Shown here: one piece after another, positions 32,310-43,245 of the stretch
Layout: each line of letters starts with the position of its first letter
Position numbering within the stretch: the first letter of the stretch is position 1
From: an uncultured Actinomycetota bacterium
GTDB lineage: Bacteria; Actinomycetota; Aquicultoria; CAYFWW01
Assembly: GCA_964346985.1 (NCBI GenBank)
Contig: CAYFWW010000048.1
Span: 291-64,290, forward strand
Reading direction: 5' to 3'
DNA length: 64,000 bases
Position numbers and translations under genes: made by a program
Notes under the pieces: model-generated
What the model saw: only the letters and a program-made list of their open reading frames with translations
What the model was told of the DNA's origin: nothing
Databases searched by the model: none

Positions 32310-34127
32310 TTGAAAGAGTTTTTTAATTTTACCCTGAGTAAAAAACTGGCCATAATTATAATTCTAATATTGTCCTTGATTATAGTAATTGGATCATACA
32401 TTCATATCCGTAGCATGCAAGATTCATTCATCAGGTTAAATACTCTTCATATTCAAAATAATGTTCATTTCTTTGAGGAAATAATTGAGGAAAGGGGTTT
32501 AGATAAAGAGTATCTTCAGCATAAGATTGTTGAAATTAATGATTTCCAAGAGTACCAGGAGATATTTATTGTCGATAATAATTTTCAAATAATTGCTCAT
32601 AGCAAACCTAATAAAGTTAACCAGTTTTATAAAAATCCAGATATTAAAAAGTCTATAAAAAAAGAAGAGATCGTTTATGCAATAGAAACTCATGAGGAAA
32701 AAGGAAAAAACATTAGGATGCTGGATTTTGCTTTTCCAATCCGTCGTTATGGGCAAATAATTGGGGCCGGCGAAGCTAGAATTAGCCTCAATTATCTCAA
32801 TAACGAAATTAACAGCTATGTTCGCGAAACAATCTTATATGTCTTGTTGTTTTTATTATTCTTTATTCCACTCTCTCGATATTACTATATCAGAGTATTT
32901 TCTTTACCCTTAAATTCATTAGTAACAGCAACAAAAAAGGTAGCTGAGGGTGATTTAGATTATAAGATGGAAAAATTGGCCGGCAAAGAGATTAACATGT
33001 TAGCTAAATCATTTAACGACATGACCTTAAAACTTCGAAAATCAAATGTTGATTTGAAACATAGAATTATTGAATTATCAACCCTGAATAAGATTAGCAC
33101 GGCCATTTCATCTACCCTAGATCTCGATAAAGTTTTAAACATGATTTTAGATGATGCTATTAAATTGACTAACGCTGAAAATGGCTCGATAATGCTCTAC
33201 GATAAAGAAAAAGATCTTCTTTCTATAGAGGTTGCCCGTGGTTTACCTCAGAATGTCATTGACAATTATTCAGTTAAAAGCGGAGAAGGAATAGCCGGTT
33301 GGGTTCTAAAAAACAAAAAACCATTGATACTTGAGAGTGGCCTCCAGAATGAGATCAATTTTAAGGGAGATAATTCAAATATTAAAGATGCTTTATCGGT
33401 TCCCCTACACGTCCAAAATAAAATAATTGGTGTTTTAAATATAAGCAATAAATATTCCGGTACATTTAATCAAGATGACCTATCTCTTCTGGCCACTCTA
33501 GCCAATCAAGCTTCTAACGCCATAGAAAATGCCAGATTATATGAAGAAATCGAAAACCTCTATTTAAGTACAATTTCCGCTCTTGCAGCGGCAGTTGAAG
33601 CGAAAGAGCCATATACTCATGGTCATTCTGAAAGAGTTTCCAGGCTGGCAACTCGCTTGGCTGAAGAAATTGGAATTGATGAAAATGAATTAAAAGGAAT
33701 CAAAACAGCCGGTCTGCTTCATGATATCGGAAAGATTGGAATTTCTGAAAAAATCCTTCTTAAACCTGGCAAACTCACTGCCAAAGAGTTTGGTGAGATG
33801 AAAAAACATCCGGAAATCGGACAAAAAATCCTAAAAGCTGTTGAATTTCCATGGGAAGTCACTAATCCTATCGCCCAGCATCATGAAAGAGTTGACGGAA
33901 AAGGATATCCTGCAGGCCTAAAATCTAAGAACATCTCACTTCAAGGAAAAATTATAACAATAGCAGATTCCTATGATGCCATGACTTCAGTACGCCCTTT
34001 TAGAAAAAAAGTGAAGACTAAAAAGGAGGCAATTAAAGAGTTAAACAGTTGTTCAGGATCTCAATTTGATAGTGAGCTAATTGAGGTATTTATCTTTTTA
34101 TTAGAAAATAAACTAATCAGTGCTTAA
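32310..34127 (+). CDS. Membrane-anchored HAMP-GAF-HD-GYP c-di-GMP phosphodiesterase
   Basis: TM helix, HAMP (VTATKKVAEGDLDY), GAF and HD-GYP (HGHSERV...HDIGKIGI...HHERVDGKGYP). TTG start after AAGGAGA. Confidence 0.8.
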   Translation: MKEFFNFTLSKKLAIIIILILSLIIVIGSYIHIRSMQDSFIRLNTLHIQNNVHFFEEIIEERGLDKEYLQHKIVEINDFQEYQEIFIVDNNFQIIAHSKPNKVNQFYKNPDIKKSIKKEEIVYAIETHEEKGKNIRMLDFAFPIRRYGQIIGAGEARISLNYLNNEINSYVRETILYVLLFLLFFIPLSRYYYIRVFSLPLNSLVTATKKVAEGDLDYKMEKLAGKEINMLAKSFNDMTLKLRKSNVDLKHRIIELSTLNKISTAISSTLDLDKVLNMILDDAIKLTNAENGSIMLYDKEKDLLSIEVARGLPQNVIDNYSVKSGEGIAGWVLKNKKPLILESGLQNEINFKGDNSNIKDALSVPLHVQNKIIGVLNISNKYSGTFNQDDLSLLATLANQASNAIENARLYEEIENLYLSTISALAAAVEAKEPYTHGHSERVSRLATRLAEEIGIDENELKGIKTAGLLHDIGKIGISEKILLKPGKLTAKEFGEMKKHPEIGQKILKAVEFPWEVTNPIAQHHERVDGKGYPAGLKSKNISLQGKIITIADSYDAMTSVRPFRKKVKTKKEAIKELNSCSGSQFDSELIEVFIFLLENKLISA

Positions 34128-35113
34128 CAGGGATTTGCTACTTTCTGGCTTAGGTCCACTTCCTGAACCTCCCATTTTCCACAACGCCCACCCCATCGAG
34201 CTAGTACTTGATCATCTACCTGAATCTTTACAATTTCGCAATTATTTTCACAACCCTTGCAGTGAAAACTCTTTGACTGATAAGAAAATTCACTAGCTTC
34301 AAAACCTTTAAAGTTAGTAGTCATTATGCTTCCCTGGTTCTCTTTGGCAAGAAGGGCTACTCCTATTGCTCCCATAACATGGTAATATTTGGGAACGTAT
34401 ATTTCTACACCCAATGATTCTTTAAATGCCCTGACAATACCTTTATTAGCAGCCACTCCGCCTTGAAAAACAATCGGAACTGACAGATCCTTTCCTTTAG
34501 CAAGATTGTTTAAGTAATTTCTGGCAAGAGCTTCACATAGCCCAAAGATTATGTCTTCTATTTGATAACCCATCTGTTGTTTATGAACCATGTCAGACTC
34601 AGCAAAAACAGTACATCGACCGGCAATCTGGGCACCCTTTTCAGAATTTAATGCATAATCGCCGAATTTTTCTATTGGAATCCCGAGCCTTGCGGCCTGG
34701 TGGTCCAGAAATGAACCTGTGCCTGCAGCACAGACAGTATTCATCGCAAAGTCAACAACAATACCGTTCTGCAGTAATATAATCTTTGAGTCCTGGCCTC
34801 CTATTTCCAGCACCGTTCGAACATCCGGAAAATAATGGCTTGAGGCCACAGCATGAGCTGTAATTTCATTTTTAACTAAATCAGCACCAACAATTACTCC
34901 GGAGAGATAACGGGCGCTTCCTGTCGTCCCTACTCCCATAATCTCCAAACCAGGAGGAATGCTTTCAGCTATTTTCATCAACCCTTCTTGAACAGCTTTT
35001 ATTGGTTGACCTTTTGTCCTTTCATAGACTATGCTTATGACTTCATGGTTTTGATCAATAACGACCAAGTTAGTGCTTACTGATCCGACATCAATTCCTA
35101 AGAAAGCGGGCAA
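34124..35113 (-). CDS. BadF/BadG/BcrA/BcrD-type ATPase (HgdC-like CoA-substrate-specific enzyme activase)
   Basis: FLGIDVGSVSTN actin-like ATPase N-terminus; C-terminal Cys-rich tail. Confidence 0.8.
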   Translation of the reverse strand: MPAFLGIDVGSVSTNLVVIDQNHEVISIVYERTKGQPIKAVQEGLMKIAESIPPGLEIMGVGTTGSARYLSGVIVGADLVKNEITAHAVASSHYFPDVRTVLEIGGQDSKIILLQNGIVVDFAMNTVCAAGTGSFLDHQAARLGIPIEKFGDYALNSEKGAQIAGRCTVFAESDMVHKQQMGYQIEDIIFGLCEALARNYLNNLAKGKDLSVPIVFQGGVAANKGIVRAFKESLGVEIYVPKYYHVMGAIGVALLAKENQGSIMTTNFKGFEASEFSYQSKSFHCKGCENNCEIVKIQVDDQVLARWGGRCGKWEVQEVDLSQKVANPC

Positions 35114-36239
35114 TAGTTAAACCTCCTTTGTCTTCAAAGTAGAACTTACTATTATTATTTTTAGTGCTCTTTTTAGCTAACAAAAGGTCGATAAAAGCTT
35201 CTAGCCTAGTAACAAGGCCAGCTTTAGCAGTTTGTTCGTCAATTACGAGGGTTAAAAGAGGAAAATCATAACTCTTTTGAACCTTCGGCATAATACTTTT
35301 AGCAATAGTCTCTGGCATGCATGTAAAGGGCATTATATGTATTGCTCCATCAAATCCTTCTTCAGCCATCGAAATAATATGGCCAATCGTTAGCTGGCCT
35401 TCGCCCCCGACTCTATGATTAAGATACGGGCTAGCAATTTTTATAATTTCCTCATTACTCTTGCCAGAAACCGGATTCTTGCGTCCAGGCCCAAGCCAGT
35501 CTGTTAAATAGACTGCTTTTTCTAAAGAAACTCCTCTATAGCCTAAAAATTCTTCAATATCATAATTGATATAGGGCTCTAAAAGCATATAAAATTCACC
35601 AAGAAATCCTATTTGCAGTGGTGAACGATTATAATCCATCTCTATCTTTTTAATCATATGGCAAATTTCTTCTTCCGCTTTAATTATTTCATCAAGGCTA
35701 AAGGCTTTTTCCATTATCTTCATCGACTTGGCTTTATATTTACTTACCTCTCCTCTATGAGCCTCGAATGGCCTCATTCTTATAGACCACTTATCAATCT
35801 GATCAATAAATCTTGCTTTGCGGTATGAGGTCTTTAAAAGCTTCCATAGTTTAATTGGAGTCAAACCGGGTTTAGCTATTTTTTTAAAGGCTTTATAAAA
35901 CTGAATAATTCCCATTCCGGGTGGTTCAAAAGTCACAAATTTGAATTCATATCCAAGCCCACTTAAAATTCTTTTTTGAATCTCAGCATAATAACCAAAA
36001 CGGCATGGGCCGCATCCTCCTGCCATAACTAAAGTATCAGCCCCAGCTTCAAGACCTTCTATAAGATTTCCTACTGTTACTTTCAATGGAAGGCAAGCAA
36101 ATTCCGGGCTATATTTTGTACCAATTCTTAAGGTACGGTTTGTTGTCGGCGGAGGAGTAACATAGTCAGCACCAAGCCTGGTTACAAGATCGCGTAACAT
36201 TATTTCAACAGTACCCATATGAGGAAAAGTAACAACCAT
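35091..36239 (-). CDS. 2-hydroxyacyl-CoA dehydratase-like / DUF2229-family protein (subunit 2)
   Basis: HgdA/B-like fold; conserved Cys (GGCGPCRFGY). Confidence 0.6.
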   Translation of the reverse strand: MVVTFPHMGTVEIMLRDLVTRLGADYVTPPPTTNRTLRIGTKYSPEFACLPLKVTVGNLIEGLEAGADTLVMAGGCGPCRFGYYAEIQKRILSGLGYEFKFVTFEPPGMGIIQFYKAFKKIAKPGLTPIKLWKLLKTSYRKARFIDQIDKWSIRMRPFEAHRGEVSKYKAKSMKIMEKAFSLDEIIKAEEEICHMIKKIEMDYNRSPLQIGFLGEFYMLLEPYINYDIEEFLGYRGVSLEKAVYLTDWLGPGRKNPVSGKSNEEIIKIASPYLNHRVGGEGQLTIGHIISMAEEGFDGAIHIMPFTCMPETIAKSIMPKVQKSYDFPLLTLVIDEQTAKAGLVTRLEAFIDLLLAKKSTKNNNSKFYFEDKGGLTIARFLRN

Positions 36240-37291
36240 TAGACCACAGCCCTTTGTTTAATCTTTTTCTTTCTTGTAATCATGTCCACAAATGCCTCAA
36301 GCCTGGTCATTATTCCAGTCTCTGAAGCATGCTCGTCAAGGACTAATGACATTAATGGTATTTTATTTTCTTCTTTATATTTATTGCTCAACAAAAGTTC
36401 AATTAAAGAGTCAGGCCCGCAGGCAAAGGACAAGACATATATAACGCCATCAACATTTCTTTTTCTGAGCCAGTATAATGCTGCCCCGACAATCTCCTTC
36501 TCATAAGTCCAGAATAGTTTTTTGGGCAGTTTGGCTGCTTCGCTATTAATCACTCGATTGGAAATCATGTCAGCAGTAACTACTTCTATTCCCATTTTCT
36601 GTAAACGCCTTATTAAATTAAGGCTTGTATATGTATCGTATATATTATATGGATGCCCCAGAACAGCAATCTTTACACCTGTTGGCAACGAAGCTGCCCT
36701 ATTAGCCACATCTTTTTCAAGATATGTGATTCGACCATCTTTAAAAGCTTTTTTCTCGGTTTTATAATCTTTTAGACTTTTATGATAAGCTCCAAGAATT
36801 TTGCTAAGTTTATTATTAAAAATACGCCCTACATCTATAACTGTCCGGTAATATTGTTTCCGCCCCTGGCGTAGATCAATAAGTGGAGATAAAATCTCTG
36901 GCACCGGATGATCGCAGGCCCTTACCATATCTGGGAGGCCAAGAAATTTTGGACAGGTATACTCTTTGTTCTCTACTCCTACCATTCGGGGAATAAAAAG
37001 AAGTTCCACATCTTTACTAACTTCAACGACGTGACCAAAAAAAGCTTTTACGGGTAAACAAATTTCGCTTTCAGCTAAGACTAATCCTTTTTTAAGTATG
37101 CTTTTATTTGAGTGCGGAGAAATCTTTACCTCTACACCAAGCTCATTGAAAAATGTCTCCCAGAGCGATGAATATTTATAATATAGAAGAGCTCTTGGAA
37201 TACCTATTGTGATTCCCATATTATCCCCTAAAATAAATGGCAATTTTAAATAATAGCATAATTGGAAAATTTTTGGGATTACATAAGGCAA
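36239..37291 (-). CDS. 2-hydroxyacyl-CoA dehydratase-like / DUF2229-family protein (subunit 1)
   Basis: Paralogous to the adjacent gene; translationally coupled trio with the activase. Confidence 0.6.
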   Translation of the reverse strand: MPYVIPKIFQLCYYLKLPFILGDNMGITIGIPRALLYYKYSSLWETFFNELGVEVKISPHSNKSILKKGLVLAESEICLPVKAFFGHVVEVSKDVELLFIPRMVGVENKEYTCPKFLGLPDMVRACDHPVPEILSPLIDLRQGRKQYYRTVIDVGRIFNNKLSKILGAYHKSLKDYKTEKKAFKDGRITYLEKDVANRAASLPTGVKIAVLGHPYNIYDTYTSLNLIRRLQKMGIEVVTADMISNRVINSEAAKLPKKLFWTYEKEIVGAALYWLRKRNVDGVIYVLSFACGPDSLIELLLSNKYKEENKIPLMSLVLDEHASETGIMTRLEAFVDMITRKKKIKQRAVV

Positions 37292-37369
37292 TTTTTTTAA
37301 ATAATAATTTTTCCTTTTTATTACTTTTTTATGCTATATTTATTTAATATATTTTAAGGAGGTGAAATA

Positions 37370-37822
37370 ATGGAAGATGATAAAGGGACACCAACTCCTC
37401 CAGAGGAACCAAAATCTGAAGAACCAACTGAAAGCCCTCCTGAAAAAATTCCTGAAACAGAAGAGGAGAAAAGTTCAACTGGCCTAGATATAAACTTAGC
37501 TGCTTTATTAAGCTATCTTCTGGGGTTAATCGGGGGAATAATATTTTTTGCAATTGAAAAAGACAGTAAATTTGTTAAATTCCATGCCATGCAGTCAATA
37601 TTTCTTTGGATAGCAGTTATAGTTGTAAACATTGCTCTTTGGGTATTATCCGCAATTTTATCAGCAATACTAAATATACTAGGCTGTCTGATAGCTCCCC
37701 TGTTTCTGATACTCTATGTAGGAATAATTGTTGTCTGGATATTATTAATGGTCAAAGCATATCAGGGAGAATATTATAAATTACCGGTTATTGGAGATTT
37801 AGCTGAGAAACAGATTAAGTAA
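37370..37822 (+). CDS. DUF4870 family membrane protein with Pro/Glu-rich N-terminal tail
   Basis: LAALLSYLLGLIGGIIFF...KFHAMQS signature and TM helices. Confidence 0.6.
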   Translation: MEDDKGTPTPPEEPKSEEPTESPPEKIPETEEEKSSTGLDINLAALLSYLLGLIGGIIFFAIEKDSKFVKFHAMQSIFLWIAVIVVNIALWVLSAILSAILNILGCLIAPLFLILYVGIIVVWILLMVKAYQGEYYKLPVIGDLAEKQIK

Positions 37823-37831
37823 TAAGCAAAT

Positions 37832-38875
37832 TTATTTAATCTTTTCAAATAGAATTTCAATATCCTTATCTTCATAGATACTGGATTTAATAAGACCATT
37901 TTTCAAAACATATATACTTTCCGTTCCTGGGTATTTTTTCAGTAATCCCAAACCCTCAGGATATCCACCAGCAAAGACAGCAGTCGAAAGAAGGTCGGCT
38001 TCAAAAGCAGAATTTTTACTGACTACAGTCACACTTCTATAATCCGTTGCAGGCCAACCTGTTTTAGGATCTAATATATGATGATACTTTTTTCCTTGAT
38101 AAGTAAAACTTTGCTGGTAGTCTCCCGAGGTACTTACATAAGGAAAATTGTCAAGTTTCAAATATCCTATAAATGGTCTGCTGCTATCATCCAATTTTGG
38201 ATTTTGAATACCTACTTTCCAATTTTTTCGATTAGGTTTTTTACCAAGGGCGCCCTGAGAACTTCCCAGATCTACTAGAACATTTTCTAATCCCTCTTTT
38301 TTTATTATCGAAATTGCTCTATCAACCGCGTAACCTTTTAATATTCCACCAAGGTCAAACTGATAGCCTTTCTCAAGTGAGACTTCCATGTTTTGTTCAT
38401 TCAGAACAATATCTCCAGGCTTGGTTTTTTTAAGGCCTTTCTCAATTTCAAACTCATCAGGAGGTTTTTTACTTTTATTAAAGTCCCATAGTTTCATTAA
38501 TGGCCCAATAGCTGGATTAAAGTTTGAGTCTGTGCGTTGGCTGTCAACTATTGAATTATCTAAAAGGTTAAAAAGCTCTTCAGATACTTTTACCGGGCCT
38601 GCCCCTGCTTTTAAATTTAATTTAGTAATTTCACTATTTTTATGATATATGTCATATTCTTGATCAATTCTTTTCATTTCGGCCAATGCTTTGAGCAGAA
38701 TTTTTCTGGTTTTGCTCTCATCTCTAGCATAGGCCTTTATAGTGACGTATGTACCAAGAACCTGATCATCAACAGCGATGAGTCTTTTCGGTTGATTCAT
38801 GAAATATGAAACCGCAAGAGTGATTATCAATAATATAAATATAAAGCCAGCAATGTAAGGATTAGTCTTTCGCAT
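37832..38875 (-). CDS. apbE: FAD:protein FMN transferase (ApbE family), exported
   Basis: N-terminal signal/TM segment; ApbE motifs (DLGGILKGYAVD, YVSTSGDY). Confidence 0.8.
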   Translation of the reverse strand: MRKTNPYIAGFIFILLIITLAVSYFMNQPKRLIAVDDQVLGTYVTIKAYARDESKTRKILLKALAEMKRIDQEYDIYHKNSEITKLNLKAGAGPVKVSEELFNLLDNSIVDSQRTDSNFNPAIGPLMKLWDFNKSKKPPDEFEIEKGLKKTKPGDIVLNEQNMEVSLEKGYQFDLGGILKGYAVDRAISIIKKEGLENVLVDLGSSQGALGKKPNRKNWKVGIQNPKLDDSSRPFIGYLKLDNFPYVSTSGDYQQSFTYQGKKYHHILDPKTGWPATDYRSVTVVSKNSAFEADLLSTAVFAGGYPEGLGLLKKYPGTESIYVLKNGLIKSSIYEDKDIEILFEKIK

Positions 38876-38927
38876 AGTGGCTATATTATAAGAAAAGGAT
38901 TAGCTGTAAGCCAGACTTCTTTTTAAT

Positions 38928-41570
38928 TTATTCTCTAACCATCTCAGGATGTTTGAAAATTAACTCGTTTTTATCTGTATCTATATAGATTTCATCGCCT
39001 TCTAAATATGTACCGTCAAGCAATTTCAATGATAAAGAATTCTCTACCAACTTTTGAATGGTCCTCTTTAGAGGCCTTGCTCCGTAAACAGGATCATATC
39101 CTTGTTTAGCTAGGTAGTCTATTGATTTTTCAGAAAAGATAACCTTCAGCTTTTTTTCAGCCAATCTTTCTTTAAGTATCTCCAGTTGAATTTCTACAAT
39201 TTTGCGTAGCTCTTCTTGGCTAAGCGAATTAAATATGACAATTTCATCAATTCTGTTTAAGAATTCTGGACGAAAAGTTTTCTTTAATTTGTCCATTACC
39301 GTCTTCTTCATCTCGCTTGGAGTAAGAGTACCTGATTCTTCATTTCTTGGCGTAAAACCCAGGGGTGCTGCCTTTATTATGTCCCTGGCACCAATATTTG
39401 AAGTCATAACAATTATAGTATTTTTAAAATCCACAGTATGGCCTTGACCATCAGTCAAGCGGCCGTCGTCCAATATTTGTAATAAGACGTTAAATACATC
39501 GTAGTGTGCTTTTTCTATTTCATCCAGCAGTATTACCGAATAAGGGCGGCGGCGAATTGCTTCAGTCAATTGTCCGCCTTCCTCATAGCCAACATAGCCG
39601 GGAGGCGCACCTATCAAACGGGAGACAGTATGTTTTTCCATATATTCGCTCATGTCCATCCTGACAATTGCTTTCTCGTCATCAAAAAGGAATTCAGCCA
39701 ATTTTTTAGCCAATTCAGTCTTTCCAACTCCTGTCGGACCAAGGAAGATAAATGAACCAAGCGGCCGGTTTGGGTCTTGGAGACCTGCTCTAGCCCTCCT
39801 TATTGCATTGGTCACAGCATTGATGGCTTCATTCTGGCCAACAACTCTTTTTTGAAGATAATTTTCCATCTTAATTAGTTTTTGAGTTTCACCCTCTAAT
39901 AATTTAGATACTGGTATACCTGTCCATTTAGATACAACTTCCGCGATATCTTCCTCGTCTACTTCTTCTTTAAGCATTTTGTTCTCTTTTTGAATATTAA
40001 TCAGTTTCTTGTTTTCCTCTGATAATTCTTTTTCCAATTCAGCAATCTTACCGTACTTAAGCTCAGCAGCTTTTTGTAAGTCGCCTTCCCTTTCGGCCTT
40101 TTCAACATCTGATTTTGCCTGTTCAATCTGTTCTTTGAAACTCCTGATTTTAGTTATAACCTCTTTTTCGTTTTGCCATTGAGCTTTCAATACATTATTC
40201 TTCTCATTCAAATCAGCTAGTTTTTTTTCAATCTCGGCTAGTCTCTCTTTTGAATCGATATCTTTTTCCTTCTTTAAAGCCTCTTTTTCAATCTCAAGTT
40301 GGATAACTTTCCTTTCAACTTCATCAATCTCCGTTGGTAGACTGTCTATCTCAATCCGAAGTCTTGAGCCAGCCTCGTCTATTAAATCAATAGCCTTATC
40401 TGGAAGAAATCTTTCAGTTATATAACGGTCAGAAAGAACAGCAGCAGCAATTAAAGCTGAATCCTTAATTCTGATTCCATGATGTACTTCATATCTTTCT
40501 TTTAGTCCGCGAAGTATAGCAACCGTGTCTTCAACCGAGGGTTCTGTTGTATAAATTGGTTGAAATCTTCTTTCAAGAGCTGCATCTTTCTCAAGATGTT
40601 TGCGGTATTCATCTAAAGTAGTAGCACCCACACATCGCAACTCACCTCTGGCCAAAGCTGGTTTGAGCATATTGGCCGCATCAACAGAACCTTCAGCTGA
40701 ACCTGCTCCTACCATTGTATGTAATTCGTCAATAAAGAGGATAATCTCACCCTCTGAATCTTTTATCTCCTTTAATACCGCCTTTAGTCTATCCTCAAAT
40801 TCTCCCCTGAACTTTGTCCCAGCAATTAAAGAACCTAGATCAAGAGCAACTAATCTCTTGTTCTTTAAGCCTTCTGGAATATCTCCAGCTACAATTCTTT
40901 GAGCCAAACCTTCAACAATAGCAGTTTTGCCAACACCCGGCTCTCCGGTTAAAACAGGATTATTCTTTGTCCGCCTGGATAAAACCTGAATAACCCGGCG
41001 AATCTCATCATCACGTCCGATAACGGGATCAAGTTTGCCCTGTTTAGCTAAGGCTGTCAGGTCTATTGCATATTTTTCTAGAGCTTGGTACTTTTCTTCG
41101 GGATTTTGGTCAGTAACCCTCTGTGAGCCCCTGACTTCAGAAAGAGCTTTCAATAATACCTCTCTATTCAAGCCTGCTTTTATTAATATATTTTGAGCCT
41201 CACCTTTTATTTCTGTACAGGCTAGAAGAAGATGCTCAGTACTTACATATTCATCTTTCAGGTTTTCTGCTTCCATCTTTGCTTGATCGAAAACACGTCC
41301 CAGATTTGCGCTTGCCTGAGGCATAGGTGCTGAATCTGAATAAACTTTAGGACGCTTTCGTAAAAGATCTTCAAGTTCTCCGATTATCAATCCCGGTTCT
41401 ACGCCAATTTTATTTAAAATTGGATTTACTATTCCCTCTTTCTGTTCCAAAAGAGCTAATAATAAATGTTCTGTATCCACCATTTGGTGGTTAAATTTTC
41501 TGCCCAAGGCTTGAGTCAATGCTACTGCTTCTTGGGCTTTTATGGTAAATCTATCAAACAACATTATCAC
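38928..41570 (-). CDS. clpB: Chaperone ClpB
   Basis: 880 aa; two AAA+ modules with a long coiled-coil middle domain. Confidence 0.95.
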   Translation of the reverse strand: MIMLFDRFTIKAQEAVALTQALGRKFNHQMVDTEHLLLALLEQKEGIVNPILNKIGVEPGLIIGELEDLLRKRPKVYSDSAPMPQASANLGRVFDQAKMEAENLKDEYVSTEHLLLACTEIKGEAQNILIKAGLNREVLLKALSEVRGSQRVTDQNPEEKYQALEKYAIDLTALAKQGKLDPVIGRDDEIRRVIQVLSRRTKNNPVLTGEPGVGKTAIVEGLAQRIVAGDIPEGLKNKRLVALDLGSLIAGTKFRGEFEDRLKAVLKEIKDSEGEIILFIDELHTMVGAGSAEGSVDAANMLKPALARGELRCVGATTLDEYRKHLEKDAALERRFQPIYTTEPSVEDTVAILRGLKERYEVHHGIRIKDSALIAAAVLSDRYITERFLPDKAIDLIDEAGSRLRIEIDSLPTEIDEVERKVIQLEIEKEALKKEKDIDSKERLAEIEKKLADLNEKNNVLKAQWQNEKEVITKIRSFKEQIEQAKSDVEKAEREGDLQKAAELKYGKIAELEKELSEENKKLINIQKENKMLKEEVDEEDIAEVVSKWTGIPVSKLLEGETQKLIKMENYLQKRVVGQNEAINAVTNAIRRARAGLQDPNRPLGSFIFLGPTGVGKTELAKKLAEFLFDDEKAIVRMDMSEYMEKHTVSRLIGAPPGYVGYEEGGQLTEAIRRRPYSVILLDEIEKAHYDVFNVLLQILDDGRLTDGQGHTVDFKNTIIVMTSNIGARDIIKAAPLGFTPRNEESGTLTPSEMKKTVMDKLKKTFRPEFLNRIDEIVIFNSLSQEELRKIVEIQLEILKERLAEKKLKVIFSEKSIDYLAKQGYDPVYGARPLKRTIQKLVENSLSLKLLDGTYLEGDEIYIDTDKNELIFKHPEMVRE

Positions 41571-41631
41571 CTCAATAAATTATTATTAACTAAGTAAATG
41601 TTCATAATTATAAAAAGAAATCTTTTCAATT

Positions 41632-42027
41632 TTATTTCCTTTTTATCTCTATCTCTTGATTTGAATAAGGTTCTATCTCAAATTTATAGCTTTGATGGAT
41701 TTTTCTGATTTTTTCTTTAACTTGCTTTTCCATTAGATCCATCTCTTCTTCCATTTTTCTCATCTTGTCCTGTAAATCTTTTACTTCGTTTTCAAGATCA
41801 ATAATAGCTTTCACGCCAGCTAGATTAATTCCAAATTGTTGGGTTAATTTCTGAATATATTTAATCGTATCAATATCACTATTTGAATAAAGACGCGTAT
41901 TCTTAGCTGTCCTTTTAGGAATTATCAATTCTTTACTCTCATATATCCTCAATGTCTGAGGATGTATACCTGATAATTTCGCTGCTACCCCAATCATATA
42001 TAAAGGAAGATTATCTTTTTTTACCAT
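41632..42027 (-). CDS. hspR: MerR-family heat-shock regulator HspR
   Basis: MerR HTH (YMIGVAAKLSGIHPQTLRIYE) plus C-terminal coiled coil; located immediately downstream of dnaJ, as in hspR-type dnaK operons. Confidence 0.75.
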   Translation of the reverse strand: MVKKDNLPLYMIGVAAKLSGIHPQTLRIYESKELIIPKRTAKNTRLYSNSDIDTIKYIQKLTQQFGINLAGVKAIIDLENEVKDLQDKMRKMEEEMDLMEKQVKEKIRKIHQSYKFEIEPYSNQEIEIKRK

Positions 42028-42038
42028 TAGTTATTCCT

Positions 42039-43166
42039 TCATTTCTCATTCGAAAAATTTCTTATACTTTTCTTAGAAATCTCAGCTAATTGCCTGATTA
42101 AAGATTTTTCTTTAGCTGTCAATCTTTCAGGAACTTTGATCTTTACTGTTACCAACATATCACCATTTCCTGAACCTTTTAACTTAGGCGCTCCCTTTCC
42201 CTTTAATCTAAATACTTTATCTGACTGCGTACCAGCCGGTATTTTAAGATTTACTGGCCGGTCAATTGTAGGTATCTTGATCTTGGCACCCAAGGCTGCT
42301 TCACTATATTCAAGCGGTACAGTAAGTAAAATGTTATTACCCTTTCTTTTAAAATACTTATGAGGATTTATCTTGGTAACAACATACAAGTCACCAGAGG
42401 GCCCGCCGTTTGAGCCTGGTTCGCCTTTCCCTTTAATTTTAATCTTTGAACCATCTCTAACTCCTGGAGGAATCTTGATATTGATTTTCTTGTTCTTTTC
42501 AACTTGCCCCATTCCAGCACACGTAGTACAGGGATCTTTAATAATTGAACCACTGCCTAAACATTGAGGACAAGTTCTACTGAGGCTGAAAAGCCCTTGG
42601 TTCTTTGCAGTAACACCTCTTCCGCCACAAGTCGGGCACTTAACAGCACTTGTTCCTTGTTTAGCTCCACTCCCATAACAAGCAGGGCAGGTATCATGAG
42701 CATTAACATTAATTCTGGTATTTATGCCCTTTATGGCATCATCAAAAGAGAGCGTTATATTATATATAAGATCTCTTCCTTTAACTGCTTGAGGCTTTTG
42801 TTTTGTTTGTCGAATGGTATCCCCGAAAATATCGAAAATACTTCCACCAAAACCACCTAAATCTCCAAGATCCTCAAAATTAACTCTAACATTTTGATAG
42901 TTTCCACCGAAACCACCCGGGCCAAATCCTGCTTCTTGAAAAAATTTAGCTCCCTGATCATATTCTTTTCTCTTTTTTTCATCTCCCAAAACTTCGTATG
43001 CTTCACTAACTTTTTTGAACTTATCTTCAGCTTCTGGATTATTTGGATTTGCGTCCGGATGATACTTTCTGGCAAGGCGACGATAAGCATCTTTAATCTC
43101 CTTTTTAGATGCATTTTCATCGACTTCTAAAATATTATAATAATCTTTAAATCCTTGATTGTTCAT
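42039..43166 (-). CDS. dnaJ: Chaperone DnaJ
   Basis: J domain (HPD), G/F-rich region and four CxxCxGxG zinc-finger repeats. Confidence 0.95.
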   Translation of the reverse strand: MNNQGFKDYYNILEVDENASKKEIKDAYRRLARKYHPDANPNNPEAEDKFKKVSEAYEVLGDEKKRKEYDQGAKFFQEAGFGPGGFGGNYQNVRVNFEDLGDLGGFGGSIFDIFGDTIRQTKQKPQAVKGRDLIYNITLSFDDAIKGINTRINVNAHDTCPACYGSGAKQGTSAVKCPTCGGRGVTAKNQGLFSLSRTCPQCLGSGSIIKDPCTTCAGMGQVEKNKKINIKIPPGVRDGSKIKIKGKGEPGSNGGPSGDLYVVTKINPHKYFKRKGNNILLTVPLEYSEAALGAKIKIPTIDRPVNLKIPAGTQSDKVFRLKGKGAPKLKGSGNGDMLVTVKIKVPERLTAKEKSLIRQLAEISKKSIRNFSNEK

Positions 43167-43176
43167 TAGCCTCTCC

Positions 43177-43245
43177 TAAACAAAGGCTCCCTGTTTGAAG
43201 AGCACTCCAGATAATATATATCATCCGCCAGGGAGCCTTTGTTTA
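43177..43245 (-). promoter_or_regulatory. 17-bp perfect inverted repeat (35-nt loop) filling the grpE-dnaJ intercistronic gap
   Basis: AAACAAAGGCTCCCTG(43178-43193) / CAGGGAGCCTTTGTTT(43229-43244), plus one flanking T:A pair. On the mRNA the 3' arm ends 1 nt before the dnaJ SD AGGAGAGG; the 5' arm starts at the grpE stop codon. Confidence 0.6.
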
